DNA from: an uncultured Verrucomicrobiae bacterium
GTDB taxonomy: Bacteria; Verrucomicrobiota; Verrucomicrobiia; Chthoniobacterales; UBA10450
NCBI GenBank assembly: GCA_963776065.1
Contig: CAVZLJ010000008.1
Span: forward strand, 11,457-75,456
Direction of reading: 5' to 3'
Length of the DNA: 64,000 nucleotides
Part shown: positions 28,710 to 38,472 of the stretch, one piece after another
How the letters are laid out: the number at the start of each line of letters is the position of its first letter
Position numbering within the stretch: the first letter of the stretch is position 1
Notes under the pieces: model-generated
What the model was told of the DNA's origin: nothing
Database searches by the model: none
Seen by the model: the letters and a program-made list of their open reading frames with translations, nothing else
Position numbers and translations under genes: made by a program

Positions 28710-30200
28710 CTAAAACGCCTCGTCCGGTTCGCTCACGTTGCGGGCGCGAGTTTCGAACCGGGTGAACTCCTTCAGGAATGTGAGCGGAATTTCGCCGACA
28801 GGGCCATTGCGCTGCTTCGCGATGATCAGTTCGGCTTCACCGGCCTTTTCCACGCTCGCTTCTTCGTCTTCCTCGTACAGCTCGGGCCTAACAAGTAACC
28901 CGACAAGGTCCGCATCCTGTTCGATCGAGCCAGACTCGCGCAGATCGCTCAACCGCGGTTTGCCGCCGGTGCGTTGTTCCGGTTGCCGGTTCAATTGCGC
29001 AACGACAATGACCGGAATTTTCAATTCCTTGGCCAGGGCTTTGAGTCCTGCAGAAATCTCCGAGATTTCGAGTTGCCGGTTGTCCTGCGCCCGGCGCGAA
29101 GTTGATCTGAGCAATTGCAGATAATCGACGATGATGAGCCGCACGTCCTGCTGCGCTTTGAGCCGGCGCGCTTTGGCCCGCAATTCGAGAATCGTGAGGC
29201 TTGCGCTGTCATCGATGAAGATTTTTGCTTCGGCGAGTTTCGACGCCGCGGCGGTCAGACTGGGAAAATCGCGCTCAGCCAGGAAACCGTCTCGCACCTT
29301 TTGCAAGTTCACTTTCGCTCGCGAACAAAGCAGACGTTGCACCAGTTGCTGGCTGCTCATCTCCAGGCTGAATACACCGACCGGGAAGTTTTCGTTTATC
29401 GCCACGTGTTCGGCAATATTCATGGCGAGCGCGGTCTTGCCCATGCTCGGGCGCGCTGCAATCACAATCATCTCCGAGGGATGCAAGCCGCTGGTCATCC
29501 GGTCGAATTCGACAAACCCGGTTGAGATTCCCGTGATTCCGCCTTTGCGCTCGTAAAGTTTCTCAATCGACTCGATCGCTTCCATGACCTGATCCTTCAT
29601 GGAAAGCATGTGACCCTTGAACCGGTCTTCGCCGACTGCGAAGATCTTTTGTTCCACTTCATCGAGCAGATTATTCACTTCGTCCTGCTCTTCGTAAGCG
29701 CGGCGCACGCTTTCGGTAGCCGCCGAAATGATTTGGCGCAGAATGTATTTATCGCGAACGATCTCCAGATAGTATTGAACATTGGCCGCAGTCGGAACGA
29801 ACGTGAACAGGTTGGTGACCAACGCCGCACCGCCGACGCTGTCGAGCAAATTCCGATCGCGCAGCACCTGTGTGAATGTGATCAGGTCAATCGCCTGCCC
29901 TGCATTCCAAAGATCGACAAGAACGTCGTAGATCGTCCGGTGCGCCGGGACGTAAAAGTATTCTTCGTTAATTTTCTCGACGCATTCCGCGATTGTTTCA
30001 CGCGGGGAGATCAGCATCGAGCCGAGAACGCCCTGCTCCGCCTCGGTGCTATGCGGCGGCGTTCGGTGAACATCCTGCGCAGAACCTGTGAGCGAAATGG
30101 GAACAACTTTTTCGCCGCTTCGCGCCGCCGAACCTCGGCCAGCGCCATTTCCCGCTTTACGAGGCTTTTCTCCTGTCCAAGCGGACGGTGGAGTCGCCAT
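28710..30200 (-). CDS. dnaB: Replicative DNA helicase DnaB
   Basis: PPHSTEAEQGVLGSMLI, Walker A ARPSMGKTA, IVDYLQL and SGSIEQDADLV. No intein-sized insertion. Confidence 0.95.
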   Translation of the reverse strand: MATPPSAWTGEKPRKAGNGAGRGSAARSGEKVVPISLTGSAQDVHRTPPHSTEAEQGVLGSMLISPRETIAECVEKINEEYFYVPAHRTIYDVLVDLWNAGQAIDLITFTQVLRDRNLLDSVGGAALVTNLFTFVPTAANVQYYLEIVRDKYILRQIISAATESVRRAYEEQDEVNNLLDEVEQKIFAVGEDRFKGHMLSMKDQVMEAIESIEKLYERKGGITGISTGFVEFDRMTSGLHPSEMIVIAARPSMGKTALAMNIAEHVAINENFPVGVFSLEMSSQQLVQRLLCSRAKVNLQKVRDGFLAERDFPSLTAAASKLAEAKIFIDDSASLTILELRAKARRLKAQQDVRLIIVDYLQLLRSTSRRAQDNRQLEISEISAGLKALAKELKIPVIVVAQLNRQPEQRTGGKPRLSDLRESGSIEQDADLVGLLVRPELYEEDEEASVEKAGEAELIIAKQRNGPVGEIPLTFLKEFTRFETRARNVSEPDEAF

Positions 30201-30755
30201 TTATTTCTCGTCTGATTTTGGCTGTTCTTTTTTCCTGCGGAAAATTCGACCCTTCTCAGGTTTCTCCGGCGCAGAGGGAGCGGGCTCGACCTTGGTCTCC
30301 GCTGCGGATTTCACCTGAAAAACAAGGTGCGCGGTCACGTCATGATGCAGTTTGATCGCGACGTCGTGCTCGCCGGTATCTTTGATCGGGCGTTCCAGAA
30401 CAATTTTGTGCCGATCGATCTCTGCGCCGACTTCATTTTTGAGTCGATTCACGATGTCCTGCGCGGTAACGGATCCAAATGCTTTGCCAGTTTCGCCTGT
30501 TTCCAATGTAAAAATAAACCGCGCTTTGCCGATACGACGGGCGAGTTCCTGAGCGTCGTTCAACTCGCGCGCTTCGCGCTCAGCGCGCTTCTGCTTGAGC
30601 GCATTAAGCTGACGCAGGGCCGCCGGAGTAACTTCGTACGCCATTCCACGCGGCAGGAGATAATTGCGCGCGTACCCACGGCGCACCTTGACCACGTCCG
30701 CTTCCGCACCGAGGGCCGCAACATTTTCCGTCAAAATGAGTTCAGTTAGTGCCAT
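30201..30755 (-). CDS. rplI: 50S ribosomal protein L9 with a Lys/Pro/Glu-rich C-terminal extension
   Basis: ELILTENVAALGAEADVVKVRRGYARNYLLPRGMA... Its stop abuts the dnaB start codon. Confidence 0.9.
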   Translation of the reverse strand: MALTELILTENVAALGAEADVVKVRRGYARNYLLPRGMAYEVTPAALRQLNALKQKRAEREARELNDAQELARRIGKARFIFTLETGETGKAFGSVTAQDIVNRLKNEVGAEIDRHKIVLERPIKDTGEHDVAIKLHHDVTAHLVFQVKSAAETKVEPAPSAPEKPEKGRIFRRKKEQPKSDEK

Positions 30756-31014
30756 GCTGATATTTTTCTAAGATGCACTCGAAAACTTGCAACCGCGAAT
30801 CCTTTCGAGGGCGACGAGTATAGAAGCGCACCGCGTACTGTCAATGTGCGAAACGAAAATTAAACGTTATTCGATGACTTTTTGACAATGCATTTTATAA
30901 GCACCGGCTTACTAACCGGTGTCCTCGATCCAATGAACCAGCAGCCGCTTTATTGCTTACGAGCCCGAGAATCCTGCTCGCTTAAGCGATAACGGCACGA
31001 AGCGGTCCGCTACT

Positions 31015-31566
31015 CTAAATCATGCCGAGCTTCATCCGGCCGGCTTCGCTGATCATGTTCTGGTTCCAAGGCGGATCCCAAACGAGTTGGACATCCGCTT
31101 GATCGATGCCATCGATGCTCAGAATTTTGCTCTGTGCGTCGTGCGCGATTGCCGGTCCCATTCCGCAACCCGGTGCGGTCAGAGTCATTTTCACTTCTAC
31201 TCGCGTTCCGCCGTCTTCTTTTTTGAGCAAGCGACAATCGTAAACGAGACCGAGATCGACGATGTTCACCGGGATCTCAGGATCGTAACATTGCCGGAGC
31301 TGGTTCCAGACGTCTTCCTCTGAAACTACACCATCCGTGCGTGAAGCGTTTTGTTTTTGCTGCGGCTGCGGCTTTTCCAACCCGAGCGCGTCGAGGTCTT
31401 TCTCCGCCACGCGCCCAAGGCCTTGGTACGTTGCGATGGTGTAACTTCCACCAAGGCTTTGTGTGATCACGCCCGGCGTTCCGGCTGGAATCGTCGTTTT
31501 CTGGCCGCTGGGAATCTGGATCGCTTCGCAATCGCGGCTCAATGTAAATTCAGTGTTCTCGTACAT
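31015..31566 (-). CDS. sufT: Putative Fe-S cluster assembly protein SufT (DUF59/MIP18 family)
   Basis: C-terminal DUF59 pattern YDPEIPVNIVDLGLVY...TLTAPGCGMG..., and an N-terminal domain typical of SufT. Confidence 0.7.
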   Translation of the reverse strand: MYENTEFTLSRDCEAIQIPSGQKTTIPAGTPGVITQSLGGSYTIATYQGLGRVAEKDLDALGLEKPQPQQKQNASRTDGVVSEEDVWNQLRQCYDPEIPVNIVDLGLVYDCRLLKKEDGGTRVEVKMTLTAPGCGMGPAIAHDAQSKILSIDGIDQADVQLVWDPPWNQNMISEAGRMKLGMI

Positions 31567-31583
31567 GATGTCCTGTGTTTGTT

Positions 31584-31650
31584 ATTCTGAGCGGAGTCGA
31601 GGAATCTCTCGATCTATTGAATCAGTGAGTTCTCCCTCGTCGCTGAGAAC
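31584..31650. repeat. Repeat family A inverted pair (attctgagcggagtcgaggaatctc ... gagttctccctcgtcgctgagaac)
   Basis: Imperfect inverted repeat with the same CTGAGCG(A/G)AG...GA(A/G)TC(T/C)C unit seen at 39182, 44840 and 56660. Confidence 0.55.
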
Positions 31651-31701
31651 CGTTATAAGCTATTATGCCACAAACCGAGAAAATGACGAACGGCTTCACC
31701 C

Positions 31702-31750
31702 CGTTGAATCGGGAGTTCGATGTAACGCTGTAACGATTCAACGAATCACG
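31702..31750. repeat. Repeat family B array (cgttgaatcg ... tgtaacgc tgtaacga ttcaacga atcacg)
   Basis: Short tandem 8-9-nt T(T/G)(C/T)AACG(M) units, plus a 10-nt inverted copy (cgttgaatcg / cgattcaacg). Confidence 0.5.
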
Positions 31751-31753
31751 AGC

Positions 31754-32914
31754 CTAATACACATCCCGCTTGTAACGCTTCTCGCTTTTCAGCTTCTCGA
31801 CGTATTCGTTGGCTTGATCGACGCTCTTGCCGCCTTGCTCCTGGACAATCTTGCGCAGGGTTGCATCCACGTCCTTGGCCATGCGGCGCGCGTCACCGCA
31901 AACGAAAAACTGCGCGCCCTCGGCGTCGATCCATTTCCAGATCTCGGCCGCGTGTTCCGCCATCTTGTTCTGCACATAGATTTTGTGGGCCTGATCACGT
32001 GACCACGCGCAATCATGCCGAGTGAGAATCCCCTTTTTCATGAATGCATCAAAATCCTCCTGATAGACGAAATCGCATATCTCGTGCTGCGCTCCGAAGA
32101 AGAGCCAGTTTTTTCCCTTTGCGCCGGTGACCTGGCGTTCCTGCAAGTACGCTCGAAACGGGGCAATACCTGTGCCGGGTCCAACCATGATGATTGGCGT
32201 GTCAGGATTTTCCGGGAGATGAAAATGCTTTGCGTTGCTTGGGAAAACCGGCACGGGCACGTGGTCTGCGCGCTCGGCGAGGAATGACGAGGCCACGCCT
32301 TTGCGCAGGCGACCATTACTCTCGTAACGAACGACGTCCACAATCAGGTGCACTTGATCGGGAAACGCCTTCAGACTCGAAGCGACCGAATACAGTCGCG
32401 GCTGCAGTTTCGAGAGCAGCCCGACAAATTCCTCCGGCGTGAAGCGCACGGACGGATGCTCGATGAGAAAATCAACCACTTCCATGCCCCAGAGATACGT
32501 CTGGAGATCCTGTTTGCGGTCCGGAGCGAGCAGATAACTCAGCGTAGGCGCAGCGTCGGCCCGCTGGGCGATGACCTTCAAAAATTTTGGCGTTGGCTGG
32601 GTGATGCCGTAATCGCGCAGCAAGGCTTCTCGCAACGTTGTTGGCTCGCCTTTTAGCCGCGGAACCTTTTCATCGCCCGTGGCGCCTAGCGCCCGAATAA
32701 TTTCATCCACGAGATCAGGATCATTCGTTGGATACACGCCGACAGAATCGCCCACGTCAAAGCTCAATCCCCACCCGGTTAGATCGACCTCGAAATGACG
32801 CGTGTCCTTCTCCGATTCCGGCCCACTCAGCCGGCGATTGACCAGCATTGTGGCCGGGAAAGGGTTCATCCGCGAGTACGGCGGGGCGGCAACAGTCGCG
32901 CTGGCTTCAGTCAT
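31754..32914 (-). CDS. Sulfite reductase flavoprotein (CysJ)-like FAD/NADPH-binding oxidoreductase lacking the flavodoxin domain
   Basis: RLYSVASS, GVASSFL, MVGPGTGIAPFRAY and FFVCGDARRMAKDV...RYKRDVY. Confidence 0.8.
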   Translation of the reverse strand: MTEASATVAAPPYSRMNPFPATMLVNRRLSGPESEKDTRHFEVDLTGWGLSFDVGDSVGVYPTNDPDLVDEIIRALGATGDEKVPRLKGEPTTLREALLRDYGITQPTPKFLKVIAQRADAAPTLSYLLAPDRKQDLQTYLWGMEVVDFLIEHPSVRFTPEEFVGLLSKLQPRLYSVASSLKAFPDQVHLIVDVVRYESNGRLRKGVASSFLAERADHVPVPVFPSNAKHFHLPENPDTPIIMVGPGTGIAPFRAYLQERQVTGAKGKNWLFFGAQHEICDFVYQEDFDAFMKKGILTRHDCAWSRDQAHKIYVQNKMAEHAAEIWKWIDAEGAQFFVCGDARRMAKDVDATLRKIVQEQGGKSVDQANEYVEKLKSEKRYKRDVY

Positions 32915-32991
32915 AGCAGCAGCATTTAGCGGCGAATTGTGATTGCCGCAAATCTTCACCATCATTTCCAACGGCCAGCGTCGGGCAAATC

Positions 32992-35193
32992 TCAAGCGTT
33001 CTTTGAGGAACGCTTCGATCGGCGGCTTGCCTTCGATCTCTCCGTGGTCGGCGCGATCGCGAAGTCCACCTGCCGTTTAAAGATGTCAACACGCGCAACA
33101 AACACCGACAGGTTGTCGCCAACCCTAAATCTTTTGCGCGATCGCCTGCCAACGAGCTGGCGCCGCGCGGGGTCAAACACATAGAAGTCGTCGGTCAGCG
33201 ATGAGACATGGATTAGGCCGGTGATAAGAGCGTCAGGTAATTCGACCATCAATCCGTAATTCCGCACGTCTACAACTGTCGCTGGGAAAATCTGCGGCTT
33301 ACGGCCAGCCAGTTGCCGTTGGAAAAACTCGAGCTTTTTCATTTGCGTTGCGTCGATCTCGGCATCGGCCGCGTTCCGCTCGGTTGTTGAAATGTGTTCA
33401 GCCACAGACGCGATTTCGGACATGCCCATGAGGTAAGGACGACGCGCGCCGCTATCGCTGCCAAGCGCGCGGTGCACTACCAGATCGGCATAGCGCCGGA
33501 TCGGACTGGTAAAATGCAAATAATTCGTCTTTGCCAACCCGTAATGACCAAGCGGCTGGGGATCGTAACGCGCGCGTTTAAGACTTTTCAGCAGACCGAC
33601 CTTCAGCGCCTGCTCTTCAGGTTTTCCGCGGATTTCGGCCAGCAATCGTTGTAATTCAGCGCGATGCGTCAGATCGCCAACTTTGTAACCAAAACTCAGC
33701 GCGAACTCACGGTACTCTGCGAGCTTTTCCGGCTCTGGATTCTCGTGAACGCGATAGATTGTTGGAATCGCACGCTTCTTTAGTTCGCGCGCGACCGCTT
33801 CGTTCGCTGCCAGCATGAATTCTTCGATCAGCTGATGCGACTCATCGTTCTCGACACGCTCGAATCGAATGGGCTCACCCTTTTGATCGAGCCAGAGTTT
33901 TACTTCTGGAAAATCAAGGTCCAGCGATCCGTATTCGAATCGTTTCCGACGCAACAACGCCGCGAGTTCCCACGCGACACGAAGCCGTTCACCTAAGGCG
34001 TCGCGGGGCGGCGACATCAAAATCGCGTACGCTTGCTTGTACGTCAGCCGGTGGGCACTGCGAATGACGCTACGGGCAAAACGTGCGCTCTTGGAGATAC
34101 CGCGTTTGTCGAAATGGATGAAAACTGAATGCGTGAGTCGATCGACTCCTGGATTGAGGCTGCAAACACCGTTGCTCAATCGCTCGGGCAACATCGGGAT
34201 GACGCGATCTGGCAGATAAACGCTGTTACCGCGCCGGCGTGCCTCGTGCTCCAGCACGCTGCCGGGCTCTACGTAGGCGGCAACATCGGCGATGTGCACG
34301 CCGAGACGCCACCCGCCGTTTGGAAGCTTGTGGACGTGAATTGCGTCATCGAAATCGCGCGCGTCATCGGGGTCGATGGTAACGATGAACTCGTTGCGCA
34401 AATCTTCCCGTCCCGCGATTTGCTGTTCGCTGACGTGTTCGGGAATCCGCTCCGCCTGCTCCAAAACTTCCCGCGGAAATTCGGTTGGCAAATGGTACTT
34501 GCGGATGATCGAAAGGATGTCAATTCCGGGGGCGGATGCCGGCCCGAGTACCTCGATGATTTCGCCTTCGGGATTGACGTGACGCGATTCCCACACATCC
34601 AGACGGACTACAACCTTGTCCCCAACTGTAGCGGCGGTGTTTGACCGCCGATCTTGAAGATCCTGTGAAACCTTGCGGTCAGAGACCGGCGCTACAGGCC
34701 GAACATAAACATCGTGCACAAATCGCGGGTCGTCCGGTACGACGTAGTAAAAATTCCGTGATCGCTGCAGCGTGCCAACGATGGTATCGTGGGCGCGTTC
34801 CAGGATTCTAATGACGCGCCCTTCGCGCCGCCCCTTTATGCGCCCGGATGGGACGTCGGGCGAAACACGCGCAACCACACGATCTCCGTGCATTGCCGTG
34901 CCGATGTTTTCCGCTGCAATGAAAACGTCCGGCTCGCCCTGTTTTTCAGAGGTGAGAAAACCATAGCCCGCCGGATGAACCGATAATTTGCCCGTGAGCA
35001 AGTCAGCCTCAGCCGGCAAGACGTATCGATCCTTCCGGATTCGTGCGATCTCGCCTGCACGCTCGAGCTCGCGCAACGTTCCGCGCAACGCGACCCGTGC
35101 TCTACCGCTTACACCAATTTTACTTGCAATCTCAATCTTATTTAACGGCCGGTAATCTTTCCTGCATAGAAGCGCGAGAATTTGCTCCCTCAT
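32992..35193 (-). CDS. rnr: Ribonuclease R
   Basis: RNB domain (IDPDDARDFDDAIHV, YLPDRVIPMLPE, FTSPIRRYADLVVHR), N-terminal cold-shock-like region, C-terminal S1 domain and basic tail. Confidence 0.9.
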   Translation of the reverse strand: MREQILALLCRKDYRPLNKIEIASKIGVSGRARVALRGTLRELERAGEIARIRKDRYVLPAEADLLTGKLSVHPAGYGFLTSEKQGEPDVFIAAENIGTAMHGDRVVARVSPDVPSGRIKGRREGRVIRILERAHDTIVGTLQRSRNFYYVVPDDPRFVHDVYVRPVAPVSDRKVSQDLQDRRSNTAATVGDKVVVRLDVWESRHVNPEGEIIEVLGPASAPGIDILSIIRKYHLPTEFPREVLEQAERIPEHVSEQQIAGREDLRNEFIVTIDPDDARDFDDAIHVHKLPNGGWRLGVHIADVAAYVEPGSVLEHEARRRGNSVYLPDRVIPMLPERLSNGVCSLNPGVDRLTHSVFIHFDKRGISKSARFARSVIRSAHRLTYKQAYAILMSPPRDALGERLRVAWELAALLRRKRFEYGSLDLDFPEVKLWLDQKGEPIRFERVENDESHQLIEEFMLAANEAVARELKKRAIPTIYRVHENPEPEKLAEYREFALSFGYKVGDLTHRAELQRLLAEIRGKPEEQALKVGLLKSLKRARYDPQPLGHYGLAKTNYLHFTSPIRRYADLVVHRALGSDSGARRPYLMGMSEIASVAEHISTTERNAADAEIDATQMKKLEFFQRQLAGRKPQIFPATVVDVRNYGLMVELPDALITGLIHVSSLTDDFYVFDPARRQLVGRRSRKRFRVGDNLSVFVARVDIFKRQVDFAIAPTTERSKASRRSKRSSKNA

Positions 35194-35379
35194 CTTCGAT
35201 CCGTCTTGGTTCATTCGGCGAAAATGTAGCGCGTGAGCGTGCAATGCGCAGGTAAAGGTGCCAACGGGGACGTTACATCAATCGACTTGTTCGAATCGCT
35301 GCGACCATTGACATTCATTTCGGCCAAACAATATGCTGAGGTTTGTCGATTCATTCGATCTAAATCGGAGGTTCAAGCA

Positions 35380-35898
35380 ATGGGAAAGCGGATCATTACT
35401 TGCGCAGTCGCGATGCTATTCGCTGTAACCGCTTCATTTGCTGCAGGCGGAGCGGGAATGACAATCGGAAGTTCTGCTTTCCATCAAGGTGGAGATATTC
35501 CAGCGAAATTCACGTGCGACGGCGGGGACACGAGCCCGCCTTTGCAAATAACTGGGATTCCGTCCGAGGCGAAATCGCTGGTTCTCATAGCCGATGATCC
35601 GGATGCGCCGAGTGGGATGTTCACGCATTGGCTGGTTTGGAATATCCCGCCGCAGACTAATTCCGTCGCGGAAGGGAGCCCGCCAAAAGGCGTGCACGGC
35701 AAAAACGACTTCGGGAAATCCGGATATGGCGCACCCTGTCCGCCAACAGGCGCGCATCGTTACTATTTCAGAGTTTTCGCGCTGGACCGCGAGCTGTCTT
35801 TGCCCTCTGGCGCGAAGCGGAGCCAACTGGAGGCGGCGATGAAAGGTCACGTCATCGCACAGGGTGAGTTAATGGGGCGTTACGCACGAAAACAATAA
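35380..35898 (+). CDS. YbhB/YbcL family Raf-kinase-inhibitor-like (PEBP) protein, secreted
   Basis: GGAG sits upstream of ATG 35380. Signal peptide present, plus DDPDAPSG.F.HW and HRYYF.V.ALD. Confidence 0.85.
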   Translation: MGKRIITCAVAMLFAVTASFAAGGAGMTIGSSAFHQGGDIPAKFTCDGGDTSPPLQITGIPSEAKSLVLIADDPDAPSGMFTHWLVWNIPPQTNSVAEGSPPKGVHGKNDFGKSGYGAPCPPTGAHRYYFRVFALDRELSLPSGAKRSQLEAAMKGHVIAQGELMGRYARKQ

Positions 35899-36040
35899 CC
35901 GCAGCGGTGGTCTGCTCGGCGCGCGGGAGTGTAAACGAAGGCGGGCGATCGGAGAACGAATTCCCTGTGCTGTGGCATCCATTGAGCATTGTTTGGAAGC
36001 CGTTCGAATAATTGCGCGTGTGCGTTAGTCTCACGTGTAA

Positions 36041-36892
36041 ATGCGCGAGAGGATCTGGAGAATCGGTGAGCGCGACTTCGACGTCTCTCGGCATGGCCTG
36101 ATCATGGGCGTGTTAAATGTCACTCCGGACTCGTTCTCCGATGGCGGTGAGTTTTTCACACAGGATAAAGCAATAGAGCGCGGCCTGGTACTGGCACGGG
36201 AAGGCGCTCACATCATCGATGTCGGTGGAGAATCGACGCGACCCGGCTCGAAAGCAGTCGTTGTTGAGGAGGAGTTGCACCGAGTGATTCCAGTGATCGA
36301 AAAGTTGCGAGCAAAGGTCGATGTGCCCCTTTCAATCGACACATCGAAAGCCGAAGTTGCGCGCGCGGCGATCGAAGCGGGAGCTTCCATTGTGAACGAT
36401 GTCACCGGCGGCCGAGGAGACGAGCGCATGCTGCCGCTTATCGCTCAAACCAAGTCGGCCTTAATCATCATGCATATGCAAGGAATTCCAACGACGATGC
36501 AGATTGAGCCGCAGTATACTGACGTGGTTGAAGAAATTTCGGATTTTTTTCGACAACAATATGCGCGCGCCATAGGTTCAAACATTGATCCCATGGCGAT
36601 TGCGTTTGATCCGGGCATTGGTTTCGGGAAAACGCTCGAACACAATCTCGAGTTGCTCGCCCAGCTGGAGCGGCTTCGCGTGCATGATCGACCTCTGGTG
36701 GTCGGCGTTTCCCGCAAATCGTTCCTGGGAAAGCTTATTGGATCGTCCGAGATCAGGGACCGGCTCGTTCCCGGCCTCGCGCTGACTTCACTGTTGCGAG
36801 CGCGCGGCGCCGACGTGTTCCGTGTTCATGACGTGAAGGAGAATGTTTACGCATTGCGGGTAACTGAAGCGATTCTTCAGAGGGCAAAATGA
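36041..36892 (+). CDS. folP: Dihydropteroate synthase
   Basis: GVLNVTPDSFSDGG, DVGGESTRPG and GFGKT motifs. Confidence 0.9.
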   Translation: MRERIWRIGERDFDVSRHGLIMGVLNVTPDSFSDGGEFFTQDKAIERGLVLAREGAHIIDVGGESTRPGSKAVVVEEELHRVIPVIEKLRAKVDVPLSIDTSKAEVARAAIEAGASIVNDVTGGRGDERMLPLIAQTKSALIIMHMQGIPTTMQIEPQYTDVVEEISDFFRQQYARAIGSNIDPMAIAFDPGIGFGKTLEHNLELLAQLERLRVHDRPLVVGVSRKSFLGKLIGSSEIRDRLVPGLALTSLLRARGADVFRVHDVKENVYALRVTEAILQRAK

Positions 36893-37764
36893 TTCATCAA
36901 TTCATCGATCTCTGGGTAAGAGGCTGGCGCAGCCTGATTGAGATCCTTCTGCTATGGGTGGCCATTTACTACGGCTACCTCTATTTCCGCGGAACACGCG
37001 GCGCGAAAGTGCTGACAGGGCTGGCCATTGTGTTTCTGACGCTGACGTTGATCTCGACGCTGCTGAACCTCGTCGTGATCGGCTGGATCGTACGGAGTTT
37101 CTCGGTCTTCCTCGCGATTGCGTTAGTGGTGATTTTCCAACCGGAGCTCCGGCGTGGTTTGGCTGCGCTTGGCGGCCATCCCATTTTCTCGCTTACCAGT
37201 GAACGACGGGAAACAGTCCATGATCTCGCAGAGGCCGTGACGCAACTGGCGAATAAACAGTTCGGCGCGCTGATCGCCATCGAGCGCGATACGTCGATCC
37301 GCGTTTACGAAGAAACAGGCGTGATCATTGATGGCGAGTTTTCAGTGGAACTCATCCTGACGATCTTTCATCCAAAGGCCGCACTGCACGATGGCGGCGT
37401 CATCATTCGCAACGGCCGAATCGCAGCCGCAGCCTGCATTTTTCCTGTAAGTCAGCGGGAAACACTGGACCGCAGTCTGGGATTGCGTCACCGGGCCGGG
37501 CTCGGTATCACGGAGGAATCGGACGCCGTGGCCGTCGTAGTGTCCGAGGAGACAGGCAATATTTCCATTTGTCATCGGCGACGAATCGAGCGCAATTTCA
37601 CTCCAGAGACGTTCCGTCAGCGTATTGCCGAAATTTTATTGCACAGCAAATATGAAGAAACTGATTCTGAAAAACTGGCGGGCGAAGTTGATCTCGCTTC
37701 TACTCGCAACGACGCTTTGGTATCTAATCAAAAAGAACGTAGCGACGACGCCGTCGCCGTATGA
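36889..37764 (+). CDS. cdaA: Diadenylate cyclase CdaA (three N-terminal TM helices plus a DAC domain)
   Basis: GALIAIERD, HDGGVII, GLRHRAGLGITEESDAVAVVVSEETGNISI. The ATG overlaps the folP stop (ATGA). Confidence 0.9.
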   Translation: MIHQFIDLWVRGWRSLIEILLLWVAIYYGYLYFRGTRGAKVLTGLAIVFLTLTLISTLLNLVVIGWIVRSFSVFLAIALVVIFQPELRRGLAALGGHPIFSLTSERRETVHDLAEAVTQLANKQFGALIAIERDTSIRVYEETGVIIDGEFSVELILTIFHPKAALHDGGVIIRNGRIAAAACIFPVSQRETLDRSLGLRHRAGLGITEESDAVAVVVSEETGNISICHRRRIERNFTPETFRQRIAEILLHSKYEETDSEKLAGEVDLASTRNDALVSNQKERSDDAVAV

Positions 37765-37801
37765 GACATCTGATCGGGCGCCAGTGACGCAAACCCCCTA
37801 G
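37652..37801 (+). CDS. 49-aa single-TM ORF resembling the N-terminal anchor of CdaR/YbbR-type proteins (not in the ORF track)
   Basis: MKKLILKNWRAKLISLLLATTLWYLIKKNVATTPSPYETSDRAPVTQTP. It overlaps the non-conserved last 113 nt of cdaA in the +1 frame. Confidence 0.3.
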   Translation: MKKLILKNWRAKLISLLLATTLWYLIKKNVATTPSPYETSDRAPVTQTP

Positions 37802-37811
37802 GTGCAATCGT

Positions 37812-38279
37812 TCAGCGCAGGAATCGGGACAGGTTTTCGTCTTCCCATCGGCGTGCACGTCGATAAGCGGGAAATTCACGCTCACGACGATCAAATTCTT
37901 CAGTGTGAACGCGTCGGCGATTTCGAGAAAGCATTTCGTCCGGCACCACTGAATGCAGCATCTCGTGATACAGCACGTACCGCAAAAACCACAGCGGCAC
38001 GAAGGGCTGGTCCAGCGCACGATTAATCCGAATCACGCGGTCTTCTTCCTGGATCGTTCCGAAAACGAACTGCTCTCTTGGACGGTGTTTTTGCCGTCGA
38101 CCCCAGACCACCTTGTAGCCGCGAATACGCCCGCGAAAGTGCCGCTGGTTTAAATCATTGAAGATCTCGCGCAGATCGAAATGCATCCCCTCGTGGCACA
38201 AATTCAACTGCCGCTGCATCGGCAGCTTCGGGTGTGCGAGTTTACGCTTGGTTGTTTTCTTCTTCCTAGCCATTGGCAT
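37812..38279 (-). CDS. SprT/YgjP-like (DUF45) zinc metalloprotease
   Basis: HEMLH (HExxH), followed by HTEEF...FP.Y..A..W. Confidence 0.65.
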   Translation of the reverse strand: MPMARKKKTTKRKLAHPKLPMQRQLNLCHEGMHFDLREIFNDLNQRHFRGRIRGYKVVWGRRQKHRPREQFVFGTIQEEDRVIRINRALDQPFVPLWFLRYVLYHEMLHSVVPDEMLSRNRRRVHTEEFDRREREFPAYRRARRWEDENLSRFLR

Positions 38280-38472
38280 GCTTCAAAAAGTAAACCCGCC
38301 AGAGTAATGTAATGGCCCCTAAATCCGGTGACAAGCGAAGCAGCCACTCTTTACGAAAAATCGTTGTAAACAACTTCTATTGTGCTGGTTAATCCCTAAG
38401 ACAAAACAAAAATATCGGGTCAATTAACCCTGTTCACGAACATCTTATCGGGGGGCCGCGCTTTGTGAATCC

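Noticed and set aside
28741-28770. gagtttcgaaccggg, a tRNA T-arm-like sequence
   Set aside because: It lies inside the dnaB coding region and has no acceptor or anticodon stem partners. No tRNA gene was found anywhere in the window.
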